From: Mobula hypostoma
Lineage: Eukaryota
Assembly: GCF_963921235.1 (NCBI RefSeq)
Contig: NC_086097.1
Location: forward strand, 31,436,001 to 31,496,000
Reading direction: 5' to 3'
Length of the DNA: 60,000 nt
Below, one piece after another: positions 25,290 through 40,300 of this stretch. Made by a program: the position numbers and the translations under genes. The notes beneath the pieces were generated by a model. That model did not search any database. It saw nothing but the letters and a program-made list of their open reading frames with translations, and was not told where the DNA came from. Within the stretch, counting starts at the first letter, position 1. Each line of letters opens with the position of its first letter.

Positions 25290-27060
25290 AAGACAGAACA
25301 CAGAAAATTACCGGCACAGGAACAGGCTCGTCATCCCACAATGTTGTGCGGAACTAATTAAGTTAGTAATCAAATGGCCAACTAAACTAATCCACTCTGC
25401 CTACACAATGTCCATATCCTTCCATTTCCCACACATTCATGTGCCCATCTAAACATCTTTTAAATTCCCTCATGTATCTCCCTCTATCACCACACCAAGT
25501 AATACATTTCAGGCATCCACCACTCTCTGTATTAAAAAAAAATTTGCCCCTCACATCTCCTTTGAATTTACCCCCATCACCTTAAATGCATGCTATTTGG
25601 CATTAGACATTTCAACCCTGAGAAAAAGATACTGTCTGCCTACACTGTCTATGCCTCTCATAATCTTATAAATCTCTATCAGCTCTCAGCTCAGCCTCTG
25701 CCATTACGGAGAAAACAACCCAAGTTTGTCCAACCTCTCATTATAGCACATGCCCTCTAATCCAGGCAGCATCCTGGTAAACCTCTTCTGCACCCTCTCC
25801 AAAGCCTCAACATCGTTCCTACAATGGGTTGGCCTGATCTGTAAGCAATACTCCAGATGCAGCCTAACTAGAACTTTATAAAGCTGCAACATTAATTCCT
25901 GACTTTGAACACAGTGCCTCGACTAACAAAGGCAAGCATGCCATATGCCTTCTCAACCACCCTGAAAACCTGTGCAGCCATTTTCAGGGAACTATGAACC
26001 TGGACCCCGAGAACCCTCGGGGAGGGTTAAAGGGCTTGGCCTTAACAGTGTACTGTCTCTTTATATTTGACCTACCAAATTGCAACACTTCACATTTGTC
26101 CAGGTTAAACTCGATCTGTCATTTCTCTGTCCATATCTGCAACACATCTATATTGTGTTGTATTCTTTGCCAGTTTTCTACACTATCCACAACTCCACCA
26201 ATTTCTGTATCATCTGCAGACTTACTAACCTACGCACCTACATTTTCATCCAGATCATTTCAAACAGCAGAGGTCCAAGTACAGGTCCCTGCAGAACACC
26301 ACCAATCACAGACCTCCAGCTAGAATAAGTTCCTTCAACCACTATACCCTGTCTTCCACGGGTAAGCCAGTTCTGAATCCAAACAGCCAATTCACCATGC
26401 ACTTTTATAGGGTCATAGAAAAGTACAGCACAAAAACAGGTCCTTCAGCCCATCTTGTCAGAGCCGAGCCATTTAAGTTGCTGACTTCCATCAACCTGCA
26501 CCAGGACCATAGCCCTCCATACCCCTACCATCCAAATTTCTCTTAAACCTTGAAATCAAGCTCACATGCACCACATGCATAGGCAGCTCATTCCACATTC
26601 TCACAACCCTCAGAGTGAAATTGCTTCTCATATTCCTCAAACTTTTCACCCTTCACCCTTAACCTGTGACCTCTTGTTGTAGTCCCACCCAACCTCAGTG
26701 GAAAAAGCCTGTTTTGCATTTACCCTATCTGTACCCCTCATAATATTGTATTCTTCTATCAAATCTCCTCTGAATCTTATCCATTCCAAGGAATAAAGTC
26801 TTAACCTATTCAGTCTTTCCATATAACTCAGGTCAACTCAGCAAGATCCTTATCTTCTGGATCAGCATACAATCAGAGACCTGGTTAAATGCTCTACTAA
26901 AACCTATGCAGACAACATCCACAGCTCTACCTTCATCAATCACCTTCATCACCTCATCAAAAAATCTCAATCAAGTTAGTGAGACACAGTTTGCCCACAC
27001 CAAGCCATGATGGTTCTCCCTAATAAGGCCATAGTTTTCCAAATGCTTATAAATCTAATC
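25290..27060 (-). mobile_element. CR1 LINE fragments, nested
   Basis: LYKVLVRLHLEYC...LERVQKRFTRMLPGL on the minus strand. A second CR1 3' end is inserted at about 26410-26850. Confidence 0.8.
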
Positions 27061-27324
27061 CCAAATATGGAATGAGCAGCCGGAGGACATGGTTGAAGCA
27101 ATTACAATAAAGGATATCATTGGAGAAACACTTGGAGGGGTGGAGCTTAAAGGGATATGGGTCAAACACAGGAAATTGGGACGCGGTGTGGCTATCATGG
27201 GCAACAGGACTAGATGGGCCGAAGGGCCTATATCCATGCTATATTGCTCTATGGCTCTGGCCATAAGCTCAGCTCTGAGGAAGAAGACAGAACAGAAGCA
27301 AGCAGGCACGAGGGGAACACTGAC

Positions 27325-27394
27325 CTTAACATTGGCCGAAAACGTTTCTGTGCATCCGGCAAATCATTTTCGCCCAGCAAGATGAAAGCGGCGT
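27325..27394 (-). CDS. PPP1R36: PPP1R36 exon
   Basis: ttttcttcctctgacag|AC...AG|gtcagt. Encodes AAFILLGENDLPDAQKRFRPML; 70 nt, phase 1-2. Confidence 0.85.
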
Positions 27395-30300
27395 CTGTCA
27401 GAGGAAGAAAAGTAACGCATCACCACAGCAGAACACCCATGCTGAATTAAGAACAGAAAAAGTCAGAACCACTCGCAGCTCATACTGCACACAGTGTGGG
27501 AAAGGGCACAGAGTCGACCTTTCAGATCGCAGAACCTTCATCTGGACCAGGAAAGAGAGAAAAGAAGCGTAAAGTCACAGAGTCGTAGAGCACAGAGACA
27601 GGGCCTTCAGCCCAACCTGCACATGCTGACCAAGATGCCCACCTAAGCTAGTCCCATTTGCCTGTGTTTGGCTCTCATCCCCATAAACCTTTCCTATCCA
27701 CACAAGCTTGAACAGAAGCAATTCTGCAGAGCAACAGCTACAAAATGCTGGAGGAACTCAGCAGGGCAGGCAGTATCTATGGAGGCTGAGGCCTTCATCA
27801 GGTCTGGAAAGGAAAGGGTCAGAAGCCAGAATAAGAAGGAGGGCGAGGAGGAGTACAAGCTGAAACCAGATGAGGGGGGGATTGAAGTAAGAAACTGGAA
27901 GGTGATTGGTGGAAGAGATACAGGGCCAAAGAAGGAAGCATCTTAATAGGAGAGGACAATGGACCATGGGAGAAAGGGAAGGAGGAGGGGTATAGAAGGA
28001 GATGATAGGCAGCTGAGGAGAAAACAAGGGATGACAGGGAAACCAGAACAGGGAATAGAAAAAGGAAGAAAGGGGAGTGGGAGAAATTACAAGAAGTTAT
28101 AGAAATTGATGTTCATGCCATCAGGTTGGAGGCTACCCAGACGTATTATGAGGTGTTGCTTCTCCATCCTGAGTTTCGCCTCATTGTGGCTGTAGAGGGC
28201 GCCATGGACCAACCTGCTGAGTTCCTGAGGCATTTTGTGTGTGCTGAGCATAAGTACGTAGGGGTCCATGGCATAAAAAGGGTTGGGAACTCCTGCTTGA
28301 AACCTTTCCTATCTATGTAAGTGTCATTAAAATGTTGTAAATCTACCTGCCTCAACTACTTCCTCTGGCTGCTCGTTCCACACACCCAGATTCCTCTGCA
28401 TGGAAAAGCTTCCCCTCAGGACCTTTTAAGTCTATCCCCTCTCACTTTAAACCCATACCCTCTAGTTTTAGACTCCCATACCTTGGGGGGAAAGACTGTC
28501 AGCTTATCTACACACCTCATGATTTTATAAAGCTATATAAATTCACCGCTCAGCCTCCTTCGCTCCAGAAAAAAACAATCCCAGCCTGTGCAGCCTCTCT
28601 CCAGTCCATATGAAGTGAGTCAACCTGAAATATTAACTGCCCATTTCCTACCACAGATGCTGCCTTTCAGGTGGGGGGGGGGGGTAAAATTTAAAGGAGA
28701 TAAGTTATGAGAAAGTATTTTTTTAAAAAGCACAGCGAGTGGTGGGTGGCTGGAATGGGCTGCCAGGGGTATTGGTGGAGGCAGATGCAACAGAGGCACT
28801 CAAGAGACTTTGAAGTATACAGATGAACAAGCAGGGAATGGATTGTGAACATACAGACAGGTTTAGTTCAATTTCACATAGTGATCAGCAGAGACATTGG
28901 AGATTGAAGGGTCTGCTACTCTACTGCATTTTCTAAAAGTAGCAAAATTATGCCGTTACAGGGCATTCCCAAGAGTACATTGAACGTGGAAAGATTTTCA
29001 TTGGACCTCGATACTTGTGACAATGATAGAACAATTTACCAATTTCTACAGGTGTACTGTGAAGAGGGTTCTGACTGGCTGCATCACCATCTAGTATGGA
29101 GGGCAGGGGTCTACTGCACAGGATCGAAATAAGCTGCACAAAATTGTAAAATTAGTCAGCTCCATCATGGGTACTAGCCTCTGTAGTATCCAGGACATCT
29201 TCAGGGAGCAGTGCCTCAGAGAAGTGACGTCCGTCATTAAGGACCCCCACCACCCATGACATGCTGTCTTCTCATTGCTACCATCAGGAAGGAGGTACAG
29301 AAGCCTGAAGGCACACACTCAACAATTCTGGAATAGCTTCTTCCCCTCTGCCATCCAATTTCTGATTAGACATTGGACCCATGAACAATATCTCACTTTT
29401 TTTTTGCATTACTTATTTAATTTAACTATTTATATATATTTACTGTCATTTTTTTTTCTATATTTATGTATTGCATTGTACTGCTGTCGTAAAGTTAACA
29501 AATTTCACAGCCTATGCTAGTGATATTAAACCTGATTCTGATTTATTTTAAAGCTATGATAAACTGGTTTATTATTGTCACATGTACAGTGAAAAACTTG
29601 TCTTGCATACTATTTATCAATTCATTACAACAGCGAACTGATGTAGTACAAGATAAAACAATAACAGAATGCAGAATAAAGTGTTACAGTTACAGTTACA
29701 GAAAAGTGCAACACAGGTAGATAATAAGGTGCAGGATCAAAAGAACCATCTAAGTTTGTATAATCGTGCAGGAATTTATATGAAAAAATGCAGACTGGAG
29801 TGAAAATGTAACTTATACAAGAAACTCTCAACATAGAACATAGAGGCCCGTTAGCTCATTATGTTCCAGCCCAGTAGAGGCCTTTCAACCCATTATGTTG
29901 CACCAGCCATTTATGTCATTGATGATTAACCAAACTCTGAAAACTCACACTCATTCCGCAATTACACTTTATTTACTTGTGCTCAAGAAGAACACAATGG
30001 CCCCTCCCACCACACAGTTCCGAAGTTTGAACAGAGAAATATCCTTTAAAAATGTTATTAACCAGCTGTTACAGAAATGACCATTTGGTAAACTGTGTAT
30101 GCTTAAACTCTTTATTTGTAAGATCAATAGCCATTCACAATGCAGAAACTAAAAGTCAATAGAAACTATAAGTTAACAACCAATGATATTTGAAGTTAAT
30201 AAAGTAATTGTCCATTAGTAAAATGTGTGTGGTTTGCATCCTTCTGTTACATCTTTATCTTGTCTCTGTATGCCAAATGGCTCTGTCCCCTGCTGTGCAA

Positions 30301-31396
30301 AGGGAAGCTATGTTCGTGCCTGGTTGGTTAGACACTATCTGCACTTAACCCTTGCCTTGCAACAACTTCCACGTTTAACCTGTTCCCAGATCAAACAAAC
30401 CCTTCTCTCCCACAAATCATCAATTTGCCTATCTAAGTGTCCCCAATGTATCTGTCTCGGCCACCAGCCCTGGCAGTACATTCCATACACTTCATGATGG
30501 GGGACGAATAAGCATTGAGGCCCTTGGAGTTGTTCAGAAGTTTAAAGAAAGAGGCATCTAATTTTACAACTCGGGAACTCTTCTGCTGTTTCAGGGGAGG
30601 CTCCGGGACAGGTAGAATAGTTCCCTCTGAACAGTGGTCATTTACCTACTGGGGAGATATCAATAAGATTGAAAGAGTACAGCGAAAATTTACAAAGATG
30701 TTGCTAGAACTTTAGGACTTGAGTTATAGGGAAGGGTTGAATAGGTTAGGATTTTGTTCCCTAGAGTGTAAGAAAATGAGGGGGATTTGATAGAGGTATA
30801 CAAAATAACGTATAGTTAGGGTCAATACAAACTGCAAGCAAGCTTTTATCAGTTGACGTTGGGTGAGAGTAGAACTAAAGACTATAGGTTAAAAGTAAAA
30901 GACCATAAGATATAGGAGCAGAATCAGGCCATTTGGACCATCAAGTCTGCTCCACCATTTCATCATGGCTGATCCATTTTCCCTCTCAGCCCAATCTCCT
31001 GCCTTTCCCCCGCCCATATCCCTTCATGCCCTGACCAGTCAAGAATCTATTAACCTCTACTTCAAACATACATAAAAACTTAGCCACCGCAGCTGCCTGT
31101 GGCAACGAATTCTACAGATTCACTACTCTCTGGCTAACAAAAGGTGAAATATTTAAGGGGAACCGGAGAGAGAGGTTCTTCACTCAGAGTGTGGAATTGG
31201 CTGCCAGTGGAGTGGTGCATGCCAGTTCAATTTCAACATTTGAGAGAAGTTTGAGTAAGTACATGATGGGAGGGGTATGGAGGGCAGTGGTTCAGGTGCA
31301 GGTCAAATGGACTAGGCAGAATAGTTGTTCAACATGGATAAGATGGGCTGAAGGGCCTGTTGCCGTACTGTAGTGCTCTCTGACTCAATGACTCAC

Positions 31397-31536
31397 TTTT
31401 GACATCCTCAAGAGTCACAAATTGGTTCTGGCGAAGCTCCAGTTTATGGGATTCTGACAGCTTGGCCAGGTTCTGTCCGACGCTTCCCGACTTGGTCATT
31501 ATGGAAAAACTGCGTCTGGAAATACCATACTTCGAT
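31397..31536 (-). CDS. PPP1R36: PPP1R36 exon
   Basis: ctttgtttcacatacag|A...A|gtgagt. Encodes SKYGISRRSFSIMTKSG...LRQNQFVTLEDVK. An in-frame alternative acceptor exists at 31515. Confidence 0.82.
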
Positions 31537-33486
31537 CTGTATGTGAAACAAAGCACAGTTCTGTATATCACAAATACAAGACATCCTGCAGATGCTGTAA
31601 ACTTTGAGCAACTTATATAAAATGCTGGGGGAACTCAGCAGATCAGGCAGTGTTTATGGAGAGGAGTAAACAATCGACATTTCAGGCCAAGAACATTCAT
31701 CAGGACCGGAAAGGAAGGGGGCAGAAGGCAGAAAAAGAAGATGGAGGGGCGGGAGGAATACAAGCTGGCAAGTGATAAGTGAGACCAGGCGAGGGGAAGA
31801 TGGGTGAGTGGGGGAAAGGGATATGAAGTGAGAAGCTGGGAGGTGATAGATGGAAGAGCTGAAGGGCTGAAGAAGAAGGAATCTGAATGGAGAGAAGAGT
31901 GGTCCATTGGAGAAAGGGAAGGAGGAGAGAAACCAGAGGGAACTGATTGGCAGTTTATGAAAAGGGGTGAGAGGAGAACAAGAATGGAGACAGAAGTTGG
32001 AGGGGGAGAAATTACAAGAAGCTGGAGAAATAAATGATCGTGCTATTAACTTGGAGACTACTCAGACAGAATATGAGATGTTGCTCCTCCAACCACAGTG
32101 GCTTCATCATGGGAGTAGGGAAGGCCATGGACCAACATGTTGGAATGGGAATGGGAAGTATAATTGAAATGGGTGGCCACCAGGAAACCCTGTCTGTCGT
32201 CGCAGATGGAGTAAGGTTCTGTCCAGGTCAGTTGTTCCTCACTTTCACATTCAAAGACGGAGAAACAACTCCTCTCTGTAGCTTCATCTGAAGGGCTGTG
32301 TCTTCCAACAGTGCAGAGTCTGTCTTGCTTGAACTAAGAGCTGACACCTCCTGATGGCCTTTGTTCCAATGTGTGATGACAGGAACTAGGTGAGGCAGTG
32401 GGGAGATGGGCAGAAGGACCCAGGTGGTGGTGGGAAAGGGGTGGAGAGGGGGAAATCTCAAGGCTGGCAGGCAGAGTCTCATGGACAGGGACTGAGAGGT
32501 AGGAAGAATTTTCTTCTGTCAGAGTGTTATGGGATCGCACTTTTGATGAAGTGTGTTCAGAGCCAACTGCAGGCACAAGAGATGCTGCAGATGCTGGAAA
32601 TCCAAAGCGACACACACAAAATGCTGAAGGAACATCGGCAAGTCAGGCAGCATCTATGGAGGGAAATGGGGAGTTGATGTTTCTGTCTAAACCCTTCTTG
32701 CTGCCTGACTGGCAATGTGTTGCCACAGGTTCTGGTATCTTGTGCCTCCACCTCTTCGTTCCATTGTGATGTACACCCACTTTAAAAAGGCTTTCCTCCT
32801 CAATAACGCAGTCCAGATGAAGAGTCTCGACCCAAAACATCAACTGCTCCTGTCCCTCCACAGATGCTGCCCGACCCACTGAGTCACTCCAGCTTTTTGT
32901 CCGATGTTCAGAGCTACGCCTGATGTTAACTCGGGGTGGCACGGTGACAGAGCGACAAATGTAACTCAGTTTTTTACCTAATTATTTTTTTATCATATAT
33001 TTCATTGTACTGCTGCCGTAAACAAATTTCATGACATATACCAGTGATATTAAATCTGATTTCAATTCTATCATAATGCTATTACAGCACCAGTGATTTG
33101 GGTTCAATTCCCACCATTGTCTGTAAGGTGTTCATGCATTCTCCTCGTGACTCCGTGGGCTTCCTCCAGGTACTGTACTCTGGTTTCCTCACACATTTTA
33201 CTGACATATGGGATAGTAAGGGTGAGTAAATTGTAGACATGTTATTTTAGTGCCAGAAGTCTAGCGCCACTTGTGGGCTGCCCAGCACATTCTTCAACTG
33301 TGTTGACCATTGGTGCAAGCAACAAATTTCAGTGTATGTTTCAACGTACATGTGAGAAATAAAGGTTATCTTTATCGTTAACTTGGAGTGGTTGGTACCG
33401 GCAGGACAGTGGGCAGACACAGATGGAGAGTGGATCAGCAGAATTTCCCCGAGGCTTTGCTCTGCAATTTCCTCGATCTCACTCAC

Positions 33487-33573
33487 TTTTCCAGAGCTTC
33501 GTTCACCGGGTCCAGGATGGCTCGAACTCTGGCAAGTGACTTCTTTCCTTTGCTTTCTGCTGTCGAATGCAAG
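33487..33573 (-). CDS. PPP1R36: PPP1R36 exon 3
   Basis: ttttcccttcag|C...AA|gtgagt. Encodes LHSTAESKGKKSLARVRAILDPVNEALE; 87 nt, phase 2-2. Confidence 0.82.
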
Positions 33574-36500
33574 CTGAAGGGAAAATCAGAAGAAGTGTTA
33601 AGAGTGAAAGGGGGAGGTGGGAGATGCCTAGAGACTGGAGTTCCAACTCTTATGGTGTGATGTGTATAGTGTTATCACCCCAGTACATCCCTCCCCACCA
33701 TTGGTAGTATCTACAGGACGCACTGCTCAAGAAGGACCACATGGGCAATGCTCCCTTCTCACTGCTGCCATCAGGAAGAAGGTACAGAAGCCTCAGGACC
33801 CACACTATTAGGTTCAGGAACAGTTATTACCTCTCAACAGTTAAGCTCTTGAACCAGTGGGGATAACTTCACTTGCCTCTTTCCCGAACTGTTCCTACAA
33901 CCTATTGACTTACTTCCAAAGACTCTTCATCTTACATTCTCCACATGGCTTGTTTTTTCTTTCTTTTGTGTGACTTTTTGTACGGTTTACGTATCTTAAA
34001 CATTGGTCGTTTGCCCTTCCTGTTGGATGTGGTCTTTCATTGATTCTATTGTGTTCCTCGGATTTACTGTGAATGCCAGCAAGAAAATGGATCTCAAGGT
34101 TGTATATGGTGACATGTATGTACTTTGATAACAAAGTTACCTTGAACTTTGAACATCCATCATCAAAGAATCCCACCACCCAGGCCATGCCATCTTTTCA
34201 CTGCTACCATTGGGCAGGAGGTACAGAAGCCTGAAGTCCCACAGCACCAGGTTCAGAACAACCATTTGGTTTAACCATTTGTCTCTTGAACCATCCAGCA
34301 CTACCCTAACCACTATAGCTTAGCAATGCCATGACCACCTTGACCACATTGAACTAAAATGGACTGTGTTTTTAAAATTCTAATTGTATTCCTTCTAAAA
34401 TTCCACATAATTTATGTTTATGTTTTTCTTGTGAATGTTCCTTATCTGATGCTCTGTGCCTGTGATGCTGCTGTCAGTAAGATTTTCATTGCACCTGTGC
34501 ACAAATGAACTTGGGTATATGAAAACGAGCTCGACTTTGACAATGTATATTTATTACAGAGTCACATAGAGAGATACAGCACGGAAACGGATCCTTCAGC
34601 TCATCCAGTCCTACTCCTTTTACGTGAACACATTTTATTCTCCCCACATTTCCATCAACACCGGTCAGATTTTACCACCCACCTCGACACTGGTGGCAAT
34701 TTATATTAGCCGATCCTCACTTCTTTGGGCTGTGGGAGTAAACCCACACAGTCACAGGGAGAACGTGCAAACAGACAGCTCCCGAGGTTAGGGTCGAAGC
34801 TGCAACTGTGAGGAAGCAGCTTGGCACCGTGTTGCCCATGTGAGGTATAAAATCTCTCTAAACTGCTTCTAATGCTTTAACATCCTCCTAACAACAAGAT
34901 ACCTCATAGCATCTATTGGCTTGGTTTATTATTACTGTCACATGTACCAAGGTACAGTGAAAAGCTTGTATCACACACTCCATACAACTCAGATCATTAC
35001 ACAGTGCATTGAGGTAGAACAAGAAGAAACAATAACAGAGTGCAGAATAAAGTGTAACAGTTAGAGAGAAAGTGCAGTGAAGGGAAACAATAAGGTGCAA
35101 GGTCTGGAGAGGATGTTTCCAATAGTGGGAGAGTCAAGAACCACAGGCACTGCCTCAGAAAACAAAGACATTAGAACAGAGATAAGGAGGAATTTTTTTA
35201 GCCAGAGGGTGGTGAATCTGTGGAATTCATTGCCACAGACAGCTGCGAAGGCCAAGTTACTGGGTACATTTGAAAGTGGAGGTTAAAAGGTTATTAATTA
35301 GCAAAGGTGTCAAAGGTTATAGGGAGAAGAAAAGAGAATGGGGTCAAGTGGGGCAATTATTCAGTGCATTGAGGTAGAAAAAGTTAAAACAATAACAAAG
35401 TAGATTAAGGCATAACGGCTACCAAAAATGACCATTTCAGGTAAATGATCAAGTGCAAGATCATAACAAGGTAGATTGTGAGGCAAAGAGTTCATTCCCA
35501 TTGTGACAGCTCAGTCCATGGCTTCCTCTATTGCCATGATGAGGCCACTCTGACTGATGGAGCAGCACTTCACACTCCACCTGTGTAGTCTCCAACCTGA
35601 TGACATGAAGATGACATCAATTTTTCTAACCAGGTAAATTCTCTGCTGCCCCCTTCTCTTTTTTCCAATTCCCCATTATGGCTCCCTTCTCACTCCTCTT
35701 CTCCTCACTTGATAATACCTTCCTCTGGTTCCCTCCTCCTTCCCTTTTTCCCATGTTCCATTCCCCTCTCCTATCAGATTCCTTCTTTAGCTCTTTACCG
35801 CTCCCACCTATCACCTCCCAGCTTCTTACTTCATCACCCCTCCTCAACCCACCAACCCCCCTCACCTGTTCTCACCTATCACCTGTCATCTTGTACTCCT
35901 CCCTCTCCCCACCACCTTCTTAATCTGATTTCTTCTCCCTCTTCCTTTTCAGTCACGATGAAGGGTTTTGGCCTGAAACTTTGACTATTTACTCCTTTCC
36001 ATAGATGCCGCCTGACCTGTTGAGTTCCTTCAATATTTTGTATGTCATATGTTAACTCTTTTATTCCTAGGATCATCCTCCAAAACTCCTCATACAATAC
36101 TTCAGGACACAACCTACAAGTGCATATATATAAACATTTCGTGGGCCTGTTTCAGTTCTGCTCAATGTTCCCCAAAACACTGGCTGAGAGGTGGAGGTCT
36201 AGCGATGAAAAATCTGAAATCTGGGGACCCGTTGTCCGCTAGTCCAGGGTCGATTGGAAGTCTGGAGGTCGATGCCCCATGTCTGAAGTCTGGAGACTGG
36301 GGATTGGGGATTGCAAGTCTGTCCGTATGTGTCGATGTGTGTGGGAGGGAGGAAAGAGGCTTGTTTTGCTGTTGTAATTTTGTTCCTTGTTGTGTTCTGT
36401 TTTGTTGCTGTGTTCTATGTTAATATGGATACATTGGGGCATTTAAGAAACTCTTAAATATGCACAAGAATGATAGAAAAATGGAGGGTTATGAAAGAGG

Positions 36501-36757
36501 GATGAGTTAGGTTGATCTTGGAAAAGGTTAATAGGTTGGTACAACATTGTGGACCGAAGTGCCTGTATTGTGTGTTCTACGCTCTTGTGTCAAACATTGT
36601 GGGCATTCTATGTTGGCACCTGAATGTGTGGTGACACTTGTGGGCTGCTCCCAGTGTTAGTTGTAAACACAATGACACATTTCACTGTAAGTTTTAATGT
36701 ACACATGATAAATGAATGTGAATGTAAATCTGAATCTGAAAGGGTTAACTCACGTAC

Positions 36758-36822
36758 CTGACCAGCTCGAGCCTGTTTGTGCCCTCCTTCCAGATCCACT
36801 GGGCGGGAAGAGCTGCAAACAG
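36758..36822 (-). CDS. PPP1R36: PPP1R36 exon 2
   Basis: ccattgctctgcag|CTG...AG|gtacgt. Encodes LFAALPAQWIWKEGTNRLELV, matching the conserved WxWK motif. Confidence 0.85.
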
Positions 36823-37339
36823 CTGCAGAGCAATGGAATTCCAGAAATAAATCCAGGATATATCAGAGTGTGAGATTCATTATTGAATGGCTTATTCAAT
36901 CACAGAACATTCAAAAATACCCCCTACAGATCATTTAAGACACAGGAGCAGAATTAGGCCATTCAGCCCAGAGTCTCTTCTGCCCTTCCATCATGATGTG
37001 AATGGTTCTCCCATCTCCTTCATGCTGCAATTCCATTCCCATGCTTTCACTTACACCAAAGCAACATGTCCAATACATTATGAAATCCATATATGGAGTG
37101 GTACAGTACTAGGTTTGTTCTTGTCACTTGTACTGAGTTACAATGAAATTTGCATACCATTCATACAGATCATTTCATCACATCAGTGCATCAAGGTAGC
37201 ACAGAGGAAAAGTAATACAGTAACAGAATACAGTCTCATAGCAGAATAAATTTATTGTACAAAATATACAACAGCAGGATAAGAGCTGTCCTTGAACCTG
37301 GCAATGCATATTTTCAAGGTTTTGTATCTTCTGCTCAAG

Positions 37340-40300
37340 GGAACGACTTGGCCTGCACAGTTGCCTGTGGCAAGAAATTCCACAGATTCACCACTCTCAG
37401 GCTAAAGAAATTCCTCCCTTTCAAGTTCTTCTCCACAGTGCATGACCGTACACTTCCTGACACTGTATTTTATCTGCCATTTCTTTGTCCATTCTCCTAA
37501 TCTGTCTAAGTCCTTCTGTAGCCTCTCTCATCATCATCAACGGATGCTATGCCCAGTTTGAGCTTGACTGCCATGGCCCACACACTCCTGTTTTGGGTCA
37601 AGTGGATCAATTCATTGGTATCCATTTCCAGTTCTCTGGCTGCTGTTTCCATCATCATTTGTCTTTGTCTTCCTCTTGCTTTCTTCCCTTCAATCTTTCC
37701 TATAATTACCGTGCATTCTAACTCCTCTTTCCTAATCAGGTCCAATTAAGTTACGTTGCCTTTTCATGATCTCAAACATTCTCCTTTTGCATTTGCTCTG
37801 TTCATGATATCCTCGTTACATATTCGTTTTGTCCATGATATTCTTTGCATCCTCCTCAAAAACCACATCTCTGCTGCTACAATTTGTTTCCTCATGTTAC
37901 TAGATATTGTCCAACATTCTGAGCCATATAACATAACTGGATAAAGGTAACATTTCAGTACTCTGAGGTGGGTTGTCATGCCTAGTTTAGTATTGGTCAG
38001 TATACTCTTCATTCCCGTAAAGGTGTCTTTTGCCATCCCTATTCTTCTTTTCATGTCCAAGTCACACCTGCCATCTGATGTCACCCAGCTTCCAAAGTAG
38101 CAAAAGTTCTGTACTTGTTTTATGTCTTCCCTGTTTATTCTCAGCCTGCAGATAGGATTCTCTCTTTTTGGATATCACCATATATTCTGTCTTTTTGCAA
38201 TTGATAGATAGACCCAGATAGACCCATTTTTGCACTTTCTTCAACAATTATATCAATTCAGTTTTGTAGTTCTTCCTCCGTACTTGCAATTATTTAAGCC
38301 TCTCTACTTCCTCAAAAATACCTCCACTTATCTTCTCATTGTCTGCAAACTGTGCAACAAAACCACCAATTCCATCACCCAGATCATTGACCTATAACAT
38401 AAAAAGAATCAGTCCCAACACAGACCCCTGTGGAACACCACTAGTCACTGGCAGCCAAGCAGAAAAGACTCAATTTATTCCCAGTCTTTGTCTCTTGCCA
38501 ATCAGCCACTGCGTTATCCAGCTAGAATCTTTCCTGTAATACCACGGACTTGTAGCTTGTTAAGCAGCCTCATGTGTGGCACCTTATCAAAGGTTTTCTG
38601 AAAATCCAAGTACACAACACCAACCTATTCTCCTTTGTCTATCCTGCTTGTTATTTCTTCAAAGAATTCCAACAGATTTGTCGGCAAGATTTTCCTTTAA
38701 GAAAACCATGCTGCCTACAGCCTATTTTATCATGTGCCTCCAGGTATCCTGAGACTTCATCCTTTATAATCGACTCCAACATCTTCCCAACCACTGAGGT
38801 CTGAGTAACTAGCCTATAGTTTTTCTTCCTCTGCCTCTCTCCCTTCCTGAAGAGTGGAGTAACATTTGCAATTTTCCAGTCTTCCAGAACCATTCCAGAA
38901 TCTAGTGATTTTTGAAAGATCATTGCTAATGCCTCCACAATCTCTTCAGCTACCACTTTCAGAACCCTGAGGTGTAGACCATCTGGTCCAGGTGACTTAT
39001 CTACCTTCAGACCTTTCAGTTTCCCAAGAACCTTCTCTCTAGTTATGGTAACTTCACACACTTTATGACCCCTGACACCTGGAAATTCCAGCATACTGCT
39101 AGTGTCTTTCACAGTGAAGACTGATGCAAAATACTTATTCAGTTCATCTGCCATTTCATTGTCCCCATTACTACACCTCCAGCTTAGTTTTCCAGTGGTC
39201 CAATATCCACTCTCACCTCTTTTTTATACTTTATGTATCTGAATAAACTTTTGGTGTCCTCTTTAATTTTATTGGCTAGCTTGCCAATATTCCATCTTTG
39301 TATTCCATCTTTACCTTCTTAATGACTTTTTAGTTGCCTTCTGTTAGTTTTTAAAAGCTTCCTAACCCTCTAACTTTCCATTAATTTCTGCGCACTTTCT
39401 CTCTCTCTCTCTATCTATATAAATATATATGCTTTCTCTTTGGCTTTTATGTTGGCCTTGACTTCTTTTGTTAGCCATAGTTGTGTCATCTAGCCTTTAG
39501 AATACTTCTTCCTGTTTGGAATGTATATATCCTGTGCCTTCCAAATTGCTTCCAGAAATTCCAGCCATTGCTGCTCTGCCGTCATCTCTACCAGTGTTCT
39601 TTTCCAATCAGTTCTGGCCAACTCCTCTCTCTGTTTTTCCCTTTACTCCATAGCTTCTTTTCAAATTTCTGGCTGAATTCAATCATATTATGATCACTTT
39701 CCCCAAGGGTTCTTTTACTTTGAATTCCCTAATCAGTTCTGGTTCATTGCACAACACCCAATCTAGAATAGCTGATCCCCTAGGAGGCTCAACCACGAGC
39801 TGCTCTAAAATGCCATCTCATAGGCACTCTAGAAATTTCCCCTCTTGGAATCCAGCACCAACCTGATTTTCCCAATCCACCTTCAATATGAAGTCTCCCA
39901 CGACTATCGTAACATTGCCTTTTTGGCAATGCATTTTCTGTCTCCTGTTATAATTTGTAGACCACACCCTTAGTACTGTTTGGGGGTCTGTATACAATCC
40001 CATTTTTTTAACCCTTGCAGTTCCTTAGCTCTATCCACAATGATACAGTGCCTTCTGGCCCTATGTCACCTCTTTCTAATGATTTGATTTCTTTTTTTTT
40101 AACCAACTCAGCAATGCCACCCCCTCTGCCTTCCTGCCTGACCTTTCGATGCAATGTGTATCCTTGGACATTAAGCTCACAGCTATAATGTTCTTTCAGC
40201 CATGATTCAGTGATGCCTACAACATCATACCTGCCAATCTGTAACTGTGCTACCATTCATCTACCTTATTCCATATACTGTACACATTCAAATAGAACAC

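Noticed and set aside
32243..32333. Possible extra PPP1R36 exon (tag|...|gtgagg)
   Set aside because: At 91 nt it breaks the frame between two exons that already join correctly, and it has no recognisable homology.
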